A stretch of 64,000 bases of DNA from Candidatus Omnitrophota bacterium (lineage in GTDB: Bacteria; Omnitrophota; Gorgyraeia; 2-02-FULL-51-18): contig CAMDWQ010000002.1 of assembly GCA_945877765.1 (NCBI GenBank), forward strand, positions 14,464 through 78,463, read 5' to 3'. How positions within the stretch are numbered: the stretch's first letter is position 1; each line of letters begins with the position of its first letter. Below, one piece after another: positions 46,587 through 56,759 of this stretch. The position numbers and the translations under genes were made by a program. Below the pieces are notes generated by a model that was not told the DNA's origin, did no database searches, and saw nothing but the letters and a program-made list of their open reading frames with translations.

Positions 46587-47185
46587 CGCCGATAAAGGCT
46601 CTTCTTTTGGTGCTAATTTTTTTAGCGTTGAACCAGAATTTGTCGCAGGCGTCCTCGCGCGAGGAGTGGAAGGATCAGGATAAAGATGGCTTCAAAGAGA
46701 CGCACTTATTTTTGGATGGAAAAGGAAAATTGCTGCAGAAAACCAAGGACACCAATGCCGACGGAAAGCCTGATGAGTATTCCAGCTATCCTCAAGGTAG
46801 CCGAAATTTTGTCTTGAAGGAATTGGATCGCAATTTTGACGGGAAAATTGACAAGCGCTCTCTTTCTCAATGGGATCCCAATAAAGGCATTTCAATTTGG
46901 GATGGAAAGCGCATCATCAAGACCCCCGTCCCCGGCTACAGCCCGATTTGGAAAGAAGGGGACAATGATTTTGACGGCATTATTGATACTTATCATGAAA
47001 AAAAACAAAAAAATGAAACAGTCGCACCTCTAAAAAACAAGGTGGGGCAGGCGATCGATATTCGCCCTATGACGGTTTCAGCACAAGATGGGGTTGAAAA
47101 AACAGCCAAGGAAGCAGGTCCCCAAACTTCGCAAGAACAAGAGCGTATCGATCAGTTAAATCAAAAGATGGGTCTGAAATCATGA
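46583..47185 (+). CDS. Exported protein with four DxDxDG-type calcium-binding loops
   Basis: Signal peptide; DQDKDG, DTNADG, DRNFDG, DNDFDG. Confidence 0.7.
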   Translation: MTPIKALLLVLIFLALNQNLSQASSREEWKDQDKDGFKETHLFLDGKGKLLQKTKDTNADGKPDEYSSYPQGSRNFVLKELDRNFDGKIDKRSLSQWDPNKGISIWDGKRIIKTPVPGYSPIWKEGDNDFDGIIDTYHEKKQKNETVAPLKNKVGQAIDIRPMTVSAQDGVEKTAKEAGPQTSQEQERIDQLNQKMGLKS

Positions 47186-48744
47186 AAAACAAAACGCTGG
47201 CACTAGTGGTTTTTATTTGCGGTATGGCGACGATGACGCTTGAGCTTGTCGGCTCACGGATTTTTGCGCCCTATGTGGGCACCTCCATTTTTGTTTGGAC
47301 GAACCTGATTGGTGTCATTCTTGGATTTTTAAGTCTTGGGTATGCCTGGGGAGGAAAAATCGCCGACAAAAATCCGAGCGCAAATATTTTTTCTTTAATT
47401 ATTCTTGGGGCTGCCTTTTGGATTATCTTGCTGGGATTTATTTCAGACCCTGTGTTGGTTTTGATTCAGCAGGTGGTCCATGATGTGCGTGCCGCGGCAC
47501 TTTTAGCAGCGATAGTTTTATTCGGGGTTCCATCGACCCTTTTGGGGATGGTGTCTCCCTACGCTGTTAAGCTCAAAACTTATTCCCCCGATAAAGCGGG
47601 GTCCGCCGTGGGGGAGCTTTATGCGCTCTCAACGATCGGCAGTATTGCGGGGACTTTTTTGACGGGCTTTGTACTGCTATCTTATTTTGGAAACACGCTC
47701 ATCCTTTTTGGGCTTGCAGGGGTCTTGATTTTGACGGCCTTGATGGTTTCTCGATGGGCAGGCAAGGCCAAGATCTTCTTTTTTTTGATTGCCGTATTTT
47801 TGTCGTGCTCGTCCGAGGTTTTGGCCAGCATCATTCGCGGAAGAGACCTTGTGGATGTGAACACACCTTACAGTCGTGTTTGGATTTACGATTTACCGGC
47901 GCAGGGCGCCAAAACAGCCAGGGTCATGCAGATCAATGACGAGCTCAGCTCGATGAAAATTTTAGGCAGTCAAGAGCTCCTCGCGCCCTACACCAAATAT
48001 TATGAGCTTTCGGGCCACTTTTATCCCAACCCAACGAGCACGCTGATGCTGGGAGGGGCAGGTTATTGTTATCCCGAAAAATTTCTCTCTGATTATCCTC
48101 AAGCCGCTATCGATGTGGTAGAGATTGATCCGGGAGTTACCCGTCTGGCTGAAAAATATTTTGATTTAAAAGAGGATAGCCGCCTTACGATTTATCACGA
48201 AGACGCTCGCACCTACCTAAACAGGAATAAAAAAATTTACAATTTAATCTTTGTCGATGTTTTCCGGTCCTCCTCCATTCCCTTTCACGTCACCACCAAA
48301 GAAGCTGTGCGTAAAATGGCCGAAGCGCTCGATGATGAGGGGATCCTTATGATGAACGTGATATCCAGTATTGAAGGGGAGGCTGGGGAGTTTCTGAGAG
48401 CGGAGCTGGCTACGCTCAAAACAGCTTTCTCCCAGGTCTACATTTATCCCGTGCAGGATCGTGACAATGCAAAATTAGTACAAAATTTAATGGTGGTAGC
48501 TTTAAAGTCAAAAAGCATTCCCAAATTTTATAGCCGGGACGCTAAGCTCAATGACTATTTGTCCCATTTATGGATCAACCCCATCGTCGAGGATCAGGCG
48601 GTTCTGACAGATGATTTTGCTCCAGTCGACCGCTATTCGCTTAGGAATTTAAGTGGTCTAAGCGCATCCGAAAACCCTATATTTAAGCATTGGAAGCGAC
48701 TTTTCTCACAAAGAACGCTATTTGGTGAAAAAGCCCACTCTTAA
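47182..48744 (+). CDS. Fused membrane domain / spermidine-synthase-like methyltransferase
   Basis: MTLELVGSRIFAPYVGTS..W..LIG, LYALSTIGSIAGT TM region; LMLGGAG, VEIDP, HEDAR, LTDDFAP. Confidence 0.88.
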   Translation: MKNKTLALVVFICGMATMTLELVGSRIFAPYVGTSIFVWTNLIGVILGFLSLGYAWGGKIADKNPSANIFSLIILGAAFWIILLGFISDPVLVLIQQVVHDVRAAALLAAIVLFGVPSTLLGMVSPYAVKLKTYSPDKAGSAVGELYALSTIGSIAGTFLTGFVLLSYFGNTLILFGLAGVLILTALMVSRWAGKAKIFFFLIAVFLSCSSEVLASIIRGRDLVDVNTPYSRVWIYDLPAQGAKTARVMQINDELSSMKILGSQELLAPYTKYYELSGHFYPNPTSTLMLGGAGYCYPEKFLSDYPQAAIDVVEIDPGVTRLAEKYFDLKEDSRLTIYHEDARTYLNRNKKIYNLIFVDVFRSSSIPFHVTTKEAVRKMAEALDDEGILMMNVISSIEGEAGEFLRAELATLKTAFSQVYIYPVQDRDNAKLVQNLMVVALKSKSIPKFYSRDAKLNDYLSHLWINPIVEDQAVLTDDFAPVDRYSLRNLSGLSASENPIFKHWKRLFSQRTLFGEKAHS

Positions 48745-48773
48745 ACCCAGACTAGCTTAAGCTATAATTCCTA

Positions 48774-48802
48774 TTGACAATCACCCTGCGGGGTGCTATT
48801 TT
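48774..48802 (+). promoter_or_regulatory. sigma70 promoter of rplM-rpsI
   Basis: TTGACA-17 nt-TATTTT with a TG extension; GAGGAG RBS before ATG 48826. Confidence 0.65.
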
Positions 48803-48825
48803 ATCAGCTCTTTACGAGGAGATTT

Positions 48826-49263
48826 ATGTCAACATTTTTTTTGAAGAAAGAACAGATTACCGATAAGAAGTGGCATGTGATTGATGCCAAAGACCAAGTG
48901 GTCGGCCGCCTGGCTGCCCGCATTTCAAGAATTTTGATGGGAAAAAATAAGACTTCGTACACTCCTCACGTCGACAGCGGGGATGGCGTGATTGCCATCA
49001 ATGCCTCGCAAGTGCGCGTCACGGGCAGGAAAAACGAGCAAAAACTTTACACCAACTACTCGGGTTATCCGGGCGGGTTGAAGACAAGGACTTTTGATCG
49101 TGTGATGAAGCAGGACCCGACGTATGCGCTGACGCATGCGGTCAAGGGAATGCTTCCTAAAAACCGGATGGGCAAGCAGATGATTACTCATTTTTTGGTG
49201 TATGCCGGATCTACGCATCCGCACCAGGCTCAGAAACCGCAAGCCATGAACACAAAGGCCTAA
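48826..49263 (+). CDS. rplM: 50S ribosomal protein L13
   Basis: WHVIDA...[37 protein letters not shown]. Confidence 0.97.
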   Translation: MSTFFLKKEQITDKKWHVIDAKDQVVGRLAARISRILMGKNKTSYTPHVDSGDGVIAINASQVRVTGRKNEQKLYTNYSGYPGGLKTRTFDRVMKQDPTYALTHAVKGMLPKNRMGKQMITHFLVYAGSTHPHQAQKPQAMNTKA

Positions 49264-49267
49264 TTTA

Positions 49268-49702
49268 ATGTCGACTGAAACGGTTAAAGTAAAACCCACA
49301 CTTCTTAAAGCCTCGACCGACAAAGTAATGACTCGGGGCGGACGCAAGGAAGCCACGGCGCGCGTACAACTTTTTAAAGGCACGGGAATCATTCAGGTCA
49401 ACAAAAGAGCGCTCAAAGCTTATTTTGGTCGACCGACACTTGAAATGGTCATTCGCCAGCCTTTGGAAGCCATCCAGTTGCAGGACAAGGTCGATGTGAT
49501 TGCCAATGTCCGTGGCGGCGGTCTCTCAGGTCAAGCAGGAGCCATTCGTCATGCTATTTCACGGGCACTGGTTCAATTTGATGCCACACTCAAGCCTCTT
49601 CTGCGCAAGGGAGATTTTCTCATGCGCGATGACCGCATGAAGGAACGTAAAAAGTATGGACGCAAGGGCGCACGCCGTCGCTTCCAGTTCTCCAAGCGTT
49701 AA
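49268..49702 (+). CDS. rpsI: 30S ribosomal protein S9
   Basis: [41 protein letters not shown]. Confidence 0.97.
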   Translation: MSTETVKVKPTLLKASTDKVMTRGGRKEATARVQLFKGTGIIQVNKRALKAYFGRPTLEMVIRQPLEAIQLQDKVDVIANVRGGGLSGQAGAIRHAISRALVQFDATLKPLLRKGDFLMRDDRMKERKKYGRKGARRRFQFSKR

Positions 49703-49757
49703 AGTGAGGCAAATCCCGAGTTTCATTTTTTAATTAAATTGTTGTAAGTGAAGGAAC

Positions 49758-49787
49758 AGCCGAGCTTTATGCTCGGCTTTCTTTTTT
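49758..49787 (+). terminator. Intrinsic terminator after rpsI
   Basis: AGCCGAGC-TTTAT-GCTCGGCT followed by TTCTTTTTT. Confidence 0.88.
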
Positions 49788-49792
49788 ATTTT

Positions 49793-49821
49793 TTGACATG
49801 CACGACAAAGCTAATTATAAT
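49793..49821 (+). promoter_or_regulatory. Consensus sigma70 promoter of the arg-lys operon
   Basis: TTGACA-17 nt-TATAAT, an exact consensus, directly after the rpsI terminator. Confidence 0.88.
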
Positions 49822-49874
49822 GAACACTTCGCGGATAAAATAGCACAGATAATACAGAGCAGTGTCAGAGTAGT

Positions 49875-49944
49875 GTCATCCCCGAATTTTCTTATCGGGG
49901 ATCATGTATTAGTTTGATTCCCGATTAAAACTTTCGGGAATGAC
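49875..49944 (+). repeat. Double-hairpin REP/dRS3-like repeat, copy 1
   Basis: GTC-ATCCCCGA-N9-TCGGGGAT..ATTCCCGA-N9-TCGGGAAT-GAC. Confidence 0.92.
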
Positions 49945-49957
49945 GATTGGGAGCGGA

Positions 49958-50983
49958 ATGAAAAAACTTCGAGTAGGTATTGTCGGCGCCACCGGATATA
50001 CCGGTGAAGAAATCGTACGCATCCTCTCCAAACACCCACACGTTGAAATCACTTACGTCTCCGGAAAAGAAGACCGTGAGATTAGGATTCAGGAAATCTT
50101 TCCTTACCTGTCTGGAAGATTGGATTTGGAATGCAAGGCTTTTTCGCAGGAGGAAGCCACCGAAAAAACAGATCTTGTTTTTTTATCCCTGCCGCACACC
50201 GTTTCGATGCAAGCCGCACCCTTATTTTTGAAAGCGGGGAAAAAAGTCATTGATGTCAGCGCTGATTACCGGCTAAAAGATCTGGCCGTCTATGAAAAAT
50301 TTTATAAGGTTGAGCACAAAGACCCGGCGAATTTAAAACACGCGATTTATGGTTTACCTGAAATCAACCGGGAAAAAATTCGGAAAGCCTCGCTTGTGGC
50401 CAATCCTGGCTGCTATCCGACCGGCGCCATTCTTGGGCTTTTGCCCGGAATCAAGGGCGGGTTTTTCGATCTAGACCGCATTTGCATCGACGCCAAGAGC
50501 GGAGTCACCGGGGCGGGGAGAAAAGCGGAAAAATCGCTCAACTTTTCGGAAGTCAATGAGTCTTTCAAAGCTTATAAACTTTTTGAGCATCAGCACGTCC
50601 CTGAAATCGATCAGGAGCTCAGCCGCTTTTCAAAAAAAGAAGTCAGCGTTGTTTTTGTTCCGCATCTTTTGCCCATCAATCGGGGCATTTTAAGCACGAT
50701 GTATATTCCGCTGAAAAAAAAGACGACGACGCAGGATCTTTGCACGGCGTATCAAAAATTTTATAAAAATGAGCCGTTTGTAAAAGTGTACGGCGGCGGC
50801 CGTTTGCCCGAATTAAAACATGTGGCGCATACCAATTTTTGCGATATTGGCCTTAAAGTCAACGAAGCCAAGTCGCTCGCCGTTGTCGTGGCGGCGATTG
50901 ATAATTTGACCAAAGGTGCCGCAGGGCAGGCCGTGCAGAACATGAATATCATGTCCGGTTTTGACGAGCGCGAGGGCTTTTAA
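49958..50983 (+). CDS. argC: N-acetyl-gamma-glutamyl-phosphate reductase
   Basis: VGATGYTG, LSLPH, ANPGCYPT, SGVTGAGR, DNLTKGAAGQAVQNMN; ATG 49958 after GGGAG. Confidence 0.97.
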   Translation: MKKLRVGIVGATGYTGEEIVRILSKHPHVEITYVSGKEDREIRIQEIFPYLSGRLDLECKAFSQEEATEKTDLVFLSLPHTVSMQAAPLFLKAGKKVIDVSADYRLKDLAVYEKFYKVEHKDPANLKHAIYGLPEINREKIRKASLVANPGCYPTGAILGLLPGIKGGFFDLDRICIDAKSGVTGAGRKAEKSLNFSEVNESFKAYKLFEHQHVPEIDQELSRFSKKEVSVVFVPHLLPINRGILSTMYIPLKKKTTTQDLCTAYQKFYKNEPFVKVYGGGRLPELKHVAHTNFCDIGLKVNEAKSLAVVVAAIDNLTKGAAGQAVQNMNIMSGFDEREGF

Positions 50984-52207
50984 ATGAAAGTCATTCACGG
51001 CGGCATCACGGCGGCAACAGGATTTAAAGCCAGCGGGCTTTATTGCGGCATTAAAGTTTCGAAGAAAAAAGATCTTTCGCTTATTTATTCTGAAAAAATT
51101 TGCGATGCGGCCGGCTCCTTTACAACCAATAAAGTCCAAGCGTCTTGCGTGGTGGTAAATAAAGAGCACTTAAAGGACCATAAAGCACAGGCGATTATTG
51201 CCAATTCGGGAAACGCCAATTGCATGACCGGCGAGAGTGGTTTTGAAAATACCAGAACCATGGCGTCTGTGACAGCTCGGTTACTTAAAATTCGTAAGAA
51301 GGATGTCTTGGTTGCGTCAACCGGTGTCATTGGGAAGCCGTTGCCGATTAAAAAAATTATAGAAGCAGCGCCGCAGTTGGTGGGAGATCTGAGCAAAAAA
51401 GGCGGAGAGCATGCCGCTGCGGGTATTTTGACCACGGACCGCTTAAATAAAGAAATGGCAGTGGAGTTTTTGGTCGGTGCAAAGAGTGTACGTGTAGGTG
51501 CTATCGCCAAAGGAGCCGGGATGATTCATCCGCAGATGACTGTCCACGGGCCCAAACACGCGACCATGCTTTGTTTTGCGACAACCGATGCGTTGATTGC
51601 GCCGACGGCACTGCGCGCGGCTTTGGACCGGTCCATAGGCAAATCTTTTAATGCCATCACCATTGACGGTGATATGTCGACGAATGACATGGTGTTGGTG
51701 CTGGCCAACGGCATGGCAGGGAACAAAAAAATAATCGAGGGCACCAAAGAGTTTCGTTTGTTTGTCCGCGCACTCGAAACCATTTTTTTACACCTGGCCA
51801 AGGAAATGGTACGGGACGCCGAGGGTGCCACTAAATTTGTGGAAGTGGCGGTTAAAAATGCTTCCAGCGCCGAAGACGCAATTAATACGGCCCGTTCCGT
51901 TGCCAGTTCCAATCTTTTTAAGTGCGCTTTGTTTGGTTCAGATCCCAACTGGGGACGCATCGCTGCTGCTGCCGGATATTCTGGCGCTCATCTGGATCCC
52001 TGGAAGCTTTGTATTTATTTGGGAAAAGAACTCGTTCTCAAAAATGGCGGCAGGGTCAAACAAAAAGCAGCCGTGCTAAACCGCGTTTTTGCGCAAAAAA
52101 ATATTAAAATTACCGTCGACTTGGGATTGGGAAAGTACAGCGCCAGCGCTTATACGTGTGATTTTTCAACCGGGTATGTGCGGATTAATTCCGCGTACAG
52201 AACTTAA
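50984..52207 (+). CDS. argJ: Ornithine acetyltransferase / N-acetylglutamate synthase
   Basis: NSGNANCMTG, STGVIG, ILTTD, KGAGMIHP, HATML, STND, DAEGATK, DPNWGR. Confidence 0.97.
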   Translation: MKVIHGGITAATGFKASGLYCGIKVSKKKDLSLIYSEKICDAAGSFTTNKVQASCVVVNKEHLKDHKAQAIIANSGNANCMTGESGFENTRTMASVTARLLKIRKKDVLVASTGVIGKPLPIKKIIEAAPQLVGDLSKKGGEHAAAGILTTDRLNKEMAVEFLVGAKSVRVGAIAKGAGMIHPQMTVHGPKHATMLCFATTDALIAPTALRAALDRSIGKSFNAITIDGDMSTNDMVLVLANGMAGNKKIIEGTKEFRLFVRALETIFLHLAKEMVRDAEGATKFVEVAVKNASSAEDAINTARSVASSNLFKCALFGSDPNWGRIAAAAGYSGAHLDPWKLCIYLGKELVLKNGGRVKQKAAVLNRVFAQKNIKITVDLGLGKYSASAYTCDFSTGYVRINSAYRT

Positions 52208-52240
52208 TTATCAGGGCGCTGTTTCGTTTGGACACGAAAT

Positions 52241-52276
52241 AGGTTTGATCCCCGATTAAAGATTTCGGGGATGACA
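52241..52276 (-). repeat. Repeat copy 2 (single hairpin, half element)
   Basis: TTGATCCCCGA-N9-TCGGGGATGACA; identical over about 34 nt to the right half of copy 6. Confidence 0.85.
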
Positions 52277-52303
52277 CTGTGCTGACATTGGAGAGGGTAA
52301 ACC

Positions 52304-53167
52304 ATGGATGATATTATTAAAAAAGCGGATGTGTTGATTGAAGCGCTTCCGTTTATCCAGAGTTTTTATGACAAGACGGTTGTTATTAAATATGGCGGTG
52401 CGGTTCTCACGGATACCGAGATACGGCGCAACGTGCTTGAGGACATTGTGTTTATGAGCTACGTGGGCATGCGGCCGGTGCTGGTTCACGGTGGCGGCCC
52501 GTACATCAGTAAGCGGTTGGAGTCTACCGGTAAAATACCCAAATTTGTGCAGGGTTTTCGTGTCACGGACGAAGAGACCATCGAAGTAGTCGAGGAAGAG
52601 CTCACCAAAATTAATCGCGAGATTGTCCGCGAAATCATTTCTTTAGGGGGGAGTGCGATTTCCCTTTCGGGCAGAGAAGATCATCTGATCGAAGTTAAAA
52701 AGCACGCAGACATCGACGGTGAGGACATCGGTTTTGTTGGGGAAGTTACCAAAGTGAATGGCGATGTGATTTCAAAAATGATCACTAGCGACATCATCCC
52801 GGTCATCTCACCGATGGGTATCGGCAAAGACGGATTGACGTACAACGTGAACGCGGACCAGGCGGCTGCGGAAATTGCGCGCAATCTCAGTGCTCTCAAA
52901 TTCATTTTGCTGACGAACGTCCGCGGTATTTTAAAAAATCTTGAGGACCCCGAGTCCGTTATTTCTCACATCACCATCGCCGAAGTGGATGAGTACATGG
53001 AAAAAAAAGTCATTGGCGGCGGCATGATACCAAAGGTGCGTGCTTGTATGCGTGCGCTCGACCGTGGAGTTAAGAAAACCCATATTATTGACGGGCGGAT
53101 TCCTCATGGACTCCTGCTTGAAATTTTCACCGATAAGGGCATTGGCACCGAAATTGTCAGGCGCTAG
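52304..53167 (+). CDS. argB: Acetylglutamate kinase
   Basis: EALPFI, VIKYGG, VHGGGP, NVNAD, GGMIPKV, EIFTDKGIGT. Confidence 0.97.
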   Translation: MDDIIKKADVLIEALPFIQSFYDKTVVIKYGGAVLTDTEIRRNVLEDIVFMSYVGMRPVLVHGGGPYISKRLESTGKIPKFVQGFRVTDEETIEVVEEELTKINREIVREIISLGGSAISLSGREDHLIEVKKHADIDGEDIGFVGEVTKVNGDVISKMITSDIIPVISPMGIGKDGLTYNVNADQAAAEIARNLSALKFILLTNVRGILKNLEDPESVISHITIAEVDEYMEKKVIGGGMIPKVRACMRALDRGVKKTHIIDGRIPHGLLLEIFTDKGIGTEIVRR

Positions 53168-53179
53168 AGAGAAAATCTG

Positions 53180-54367
53180 ATGGATTATAGAAAAATAATA
53201 CGGCTCTATTACGATTACGTCGTTCCCTGCTATACCAAGTTTCCGCTGGTTTTGCAGAAGGGCCGCGGGACTCGCGTGTGGGATTCTCATGGCGACGAAT
53301 ACCTTGATTTTTTTCCCGGATGGGCAGTTAGCGGGATTGGGCATTGCCATAAGCGCGTGACGGAGGCTATCAAGCGTCAGGTCGAGCAGCTGATGCACGT
53401 GTCCAATAACTATTACCATGCCGAACAGGGAAAGCTGGCGGAGCTGATTATTCGCCACTCGTTTCCAGGGAAGGTTTTTTTCTGTAACTCCGGCGCGGAA
53501 GCTAATGAAGCGGCGTTTAAACTTGCTCGCAAATTTGGAAATCCTGCACGCAACGAAATTATCGCGATGGAGCGTTCTTTTCATGGCAGGACGCTTGCCG
53601 CGGTCACAGCGACAGGAACGGCAAAGTATCACGAGGGATTCGAGCCTCTGGTGCCAGGTTTTAAACATGTGCCATTCAACGATTTTGCCGCGCTTGAGCG
53701 AGCGGTGTCCTCCAAGACAGCCGCTATTATCATGGAGCCTATTCAAGGGGAAGGCGGCATTCATGTGGCGGATTCTCACTATTTATCGAACGTGAGGCGT
53801 CTTTGCAATGACAAAAAGATTCTTTTGATATTTGATGAGGTGCAGACCGGGATGGGGCGTACCGGCAGACTGTTTTGTTTTAAAAATTTTGGGATTGAGC
53901 CGGATGTGATGACGCTGGCGAAGTCGCTTGGCAGTGGTTTTCCGATCGGCGCCATGGTGGTCAAAAAGCAATATGCCGATATTTTGCAGCCGGGAATGCA
54001 TGCCACCACATTTGGCGGAAGCCCGCTGGCTTGTGTGGCGGCATTGGCGACATTTGAAGCGATTGAAAAAGAAAAACTCTTGAGTAATGCGGTCGTTACT
54101 GGTTCCCACTTATTTAAAAAATTGGGAGAGCTTAAAAAGAAGCATTCGATCATTCGCCAAGTGCGCGGGATGGCGCTCATGGCGGGAATTGAGCTTGAAA
54201 TTGAGGGAAAGGCGATTTATGAGCAGTGTTTACAGAGAAAACTTCTCATTAATTGCACACAAGGAAACGTTCTTCGTCTCATGCCTCCGTTGGTGGTGAA
54301 AGAAAAAGAGATTGATCGGGCGATTCAGATTTTAGATGAAGTCCTGGCAGGTCAGGCAGGAAAATGA
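53180..54367 (+). CDS. argD: Acetylornithine aminotransferase
   Basis: NSGAEANEAA, SFHGRT, EPIQGEGG, DEVQTG, LAKSLG, HATTFGG; arg operon context. Confidence 0.95.
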   Translation: MDYRKIIRLYYDYVVPCYTKFPLVLQKGRGTRVWDSHGDEYLDFFPGWAVSGIGHCHKRVTEAIKRQVEQLMHVSNNYYHAEQGKLAELIIRHSFPGKVFFCNSGAEANEAAFKLARKFGNPARNEIIAMERSFHGRTLAAVTATGTAKYHEGFEPLVPGFKHVPFNDFAALERAVSSKTAAIIMEPIQGEGGIHVADSHYLSNVRRLCNDKKILLIFDEVQTGMGRTGRLFCFKNFGIEPDVMTLAKSLGSGFPIGAMVVKKQYADILQPGMHATTFGGSPLACVAALATFEAIEKEKLLSNAVVTGSHLFKKLGELKKKHSIIRQVRGMALMAGIELEIEGKAIYEQCLQRKLLINCTQGNVLRLMPPLVVKEKEIDRAIQILDEVLAGQAGK

Positions 54368-54393
54368 TTCGTAAAAAAAGGGAGTAGGATTCC

Positions 54394-55404
54394 ATGAAAA
54401 AGAAATCAAGCAAGAAGTCCAAATCTAAAAAAATTTCTTCGGGGGCCCGCAAACCGGCGGTCCTGTTTGAAGCGAAAGATTTTCTGAGTTTAAAAGAAGT
54501 CCACGCATCGGATTTGGAGACTTTATTTAAGCTGGCGGACAAAATGAAAAAAAATCCCGCGCAGTTTTTGGGAAAATTAAAAGGCAAGTCACTGGCGCTT
54601 CTATTCCAGAAGCCATCGATCCGTACGCGCGTGTCTTTCCAGGTAGGAATGGCTCAGCTGGGTGGAAACTGTGTCTACATGGACCCCCAGGAAATGCCGC
54701 TAGGCGAGCGTGAGTCCATCAAGGACGTGGCAAGAGTTTTGTCGCGCTATTGCGATGCGGTGGTGACGCGTACTTATTCGCACACGGCGTTGGAAGATTT
54801 TGCCAAATTTGCCACGGTTCCGGTGATCAACGGCTTGAGTGATTCTTACCACCCCTGCCAGACGATTGCGGACCTCTTTACGATTCGCGAAAAATTTGGT
54901 GATTTGAAGAAAATCAATATTGCCTATATCGGCGATAGCAACAATGTTCTGAACTCTCTTTTGTACGGCGTTGCCAAAGTGGGTGCGAATCTATCCATTG
55001 CGTCTCCCCGTGGCTATGAACCGAATGAAGAGATCTTAAAAGACCTAAAGCTTCAGTGCAAGGATTCCGGCGCTAAAATTGCCGTGTGTAACAATCCGTT
55101 TAACGCGATCAAAAACGCCCATGTCGTTTACACGGACGTCTGGGTGAGTATGGGCCAGGAAAAGCAGCGCGACCAGCGGTTGCGTGATTTCCAGCCGTTT
55201 CAAGTCAATGGCGCGATTGCCAGTAAAGCACCCAAGGACTCGATTTTTATGCACTGTTTGCCGGCGCATCGCGGCGAAGAAATCACCGACGAGGTTATTG
55301 AGCATCCGCGTTCGGCTATTTTTGACCAAGCTGAAAACAGGCTTCACACACAGAAAGCGCTGCTGTATTTGCTTTTGACAAGAAAAACTAAAAAGAAAAA
55401 GTAA
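54394..55404 (+). CDS. argF: Ornithine carbamoyltransferase
   Basis: SIRTRVSF, HPCQ, TDVWVSMG, HCLP, DQAENR. Confidence 0.96.
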   Translation: MKKKSSKKSKSKKISSGARKPAVLFEAKDFLSLKEVHASDLETLFKLADKMKKNPAQFLGKLKGKSLALLFQKPSIRTRVSFQVGMAQLGGNCVYMDPQEMPLGERESIKDVARVLSRYCDAVVTRTYSHTALEDFAKFATVPVINGLSDSYHPCQTIADLFTIREKFGDLKKINIAYIGDSNNVLNSLLYGVAKVGANLSIASPRGYEPNEEILKDLKLQCKDSGAKIAVCNNPFNAIKNAHVVYTDVWVSMGQEKQRDQRLRDFQPFQVNGAIASKAPKDSIFMHCLPAHRGEEITDEVIEHPRSAIFDQAENRLHTQKALLYLLLTRKTKKKK

Positions 55405-55415
55405 TCACACAAGGT

Positions 55416-55486
55416 GTCATCCCCGAGATCATTAATCGGGGATCATGTCTTAAGTTTGATTCCCGATAAAAAAATTCGGGAATGAC
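55416..55486 (+). repeat. Repeat copy 3
   Basis: Full double-hairpin unit, in tandem with copy 4. Confidence 0.92.
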
Positions 55487-55498
55487 GTAGAATGGTAT

Positions 55499-55568
55499 GT
55501 CATCCCCGAAATCTTTTATCGGGGATCATGTGTAGGTTTGATTCCCGATTAAAACTTTCGGGAATGAC
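55499..55568 (+). repeat. Repeat copy 4
   Basis: Full double-hairpin unit, 12 nt after copy 3. Confidence 0.92.
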
Positions 55569-55581
55569 ATTGGGAGAGAAA

Positions 55582-56751
55582 ATGAAAAAAATTGTTCTAG
55601 CATATTCCGGCGGTTTAGACACTTCGGTCGCGATTAAGTGGCTCAAAGACAAAGGCTATGAAGTGATCGCCTACATGGCGGATGTGGGTCAAGAAAAAAC
55701 CACCACCGCGGCGATTGCGCGCGCGAAAAAAGCCGGCGCCTCCAAAGTTGTCGTGAAGGATCTCAAAAAGAAATTTGTGACGGACTATGTATGGCCGGCG
55801 CTAAAGGCCGGAGCTGTTTACGAAGGCCGTTACACGCTAGCCACCGCCTTGTCACGTCCCTGTATTGCGGCCGAACAAGTCGCGGTTGCACACGCCGAAA
55901 AGGCCACCGCAGTCGGTCACGGCTGTACCGGGAAGGGCAACGATCAGGTACGCTTTGAGGTCACGATCCAAGCGCTCGATAGCTCACTTGAGATTTTAGC
56001 GCCTTTGCGCGAATGGGAGTTTAAGTCGCGCGATGAGGAAATTGATTACGCGATCAAGCACCGGATTCCTATTGACGTCACGAAGAAAAGCTCGTATTCC
56101 ATCGACAAGAACGTGTGGGGCGTGTCGGTCGAGTCTGGCGTTCTCGAAAATCCTAATATAGAACCGCCGCAGGATTCATTCCAGTGGACGCGCGGCGCCG
56201 AAAAAAGAAATCTTAAAGATCGCGTTGTTACGATCGAATTCAACAAAGGTATCCCCGTTGGCCTCGACGGCAAAAAGCTCGGGCCGCTTGAGCTCATCGC
56301 CAAACTCAATGATACCGGGGCGCAATACGGCATCGGCCGCATGGACATGATCGAAAATCGTCTCGTCGGCATCAAATCCCGCGAGACATACGAAGCGCCG
56401 GCCGCGACGATTCTGATGCTTGCACACGCGGATCTTGAGAGCCTCGTGCTTGACCGCGAACTTTTGCATTACAAGCAGGGGATTTCGCAGAAGTACGCAG
56501 ATCTTGTGTATTACGGTCTGTGGTTTACGCCAATGCGTGAGGCGCTGGACGCGTTCGTTGAAACCACGCAGAAAAAAGTCACTGGCAAAGTCCGTGTGCG
56601 CCTGCGCAAATTCAGCGCGAACATTGTCGGCCGCACCTCACCGTTTTCGCGTTATAACGAGAACCTGGCGACGTACACCGCCAAGGATACGTTTGATCAC
56701 CGGCTCGCCAAGGGGTTCATCGACCTTTGGGCTCTGCCTTACAGGAAATGA
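55582..56751 (+). CDS. argG: Argininosuccinate synthase
   Basis: LAYSGGLDTS, HGCTGKGNDQVRF, ENRLVGIKSRE.YEAPA; ATG 55582 after GGGAG. Confidence 0.97.
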   Translation: MKKIVLAYSGGLDTSVAIKWLKDKGYEVIAYMADVGQEKTTTAAIARAKKAGASKVVVKDLKKKFVTDYVWPALKAGAVYEGRYTLATALSRPCIAAEQVAVAHAEKATAVGHGCTGKGNDQVRFEVTIQALDSSLEILAPLREWEFKSRDEEIDYAIKHRIPIDVTKKSSYSIDKNVWGVSVESGVLENPNIEPPQDSFQWTRGAEKRNLKDRVVTIEFNKGIPVGLDGKKLGPLELIAKLNDTGAQYGIGRMDMIENRLVGIKSRETYEAPAATILMLAHADLESLVLDRELLHYKQGISQKYADLVYYGLWFTPMREALDAFVETTQKKVTGKVRVRLRKFSANIVGRTSPFSRYNENLATYTAKDTFDHRLAKGFIDLWALPYRK

Positions 56752-56759
56752 CGCGAAGC

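Noticed and set aside
52931-53779. 282-aa antisense ORF and other long minus-strand ORFs (e.g. 32421..33056, 45960..46340)
   Set aside because: They are shadow frames of well-conserved genes or of palindromic elements, with no recognisable motifs.
55416-55568. Tandem repeat copies as a CRISPR array
   Set aside because: Only two adjacent 70-bp units with a 12-nt gap, no unique spacers of CRISPR length, no cas genes; the other copies are dispersed.
55492-55581. N-terminal extension of argG in the ORF track (similarly argC 49940 and lysA 58282)
   Set aside because: The extensions are translations of the repeat; better starts with Shine-Dalgarno sites lie at 55582, 49958 and 58300.
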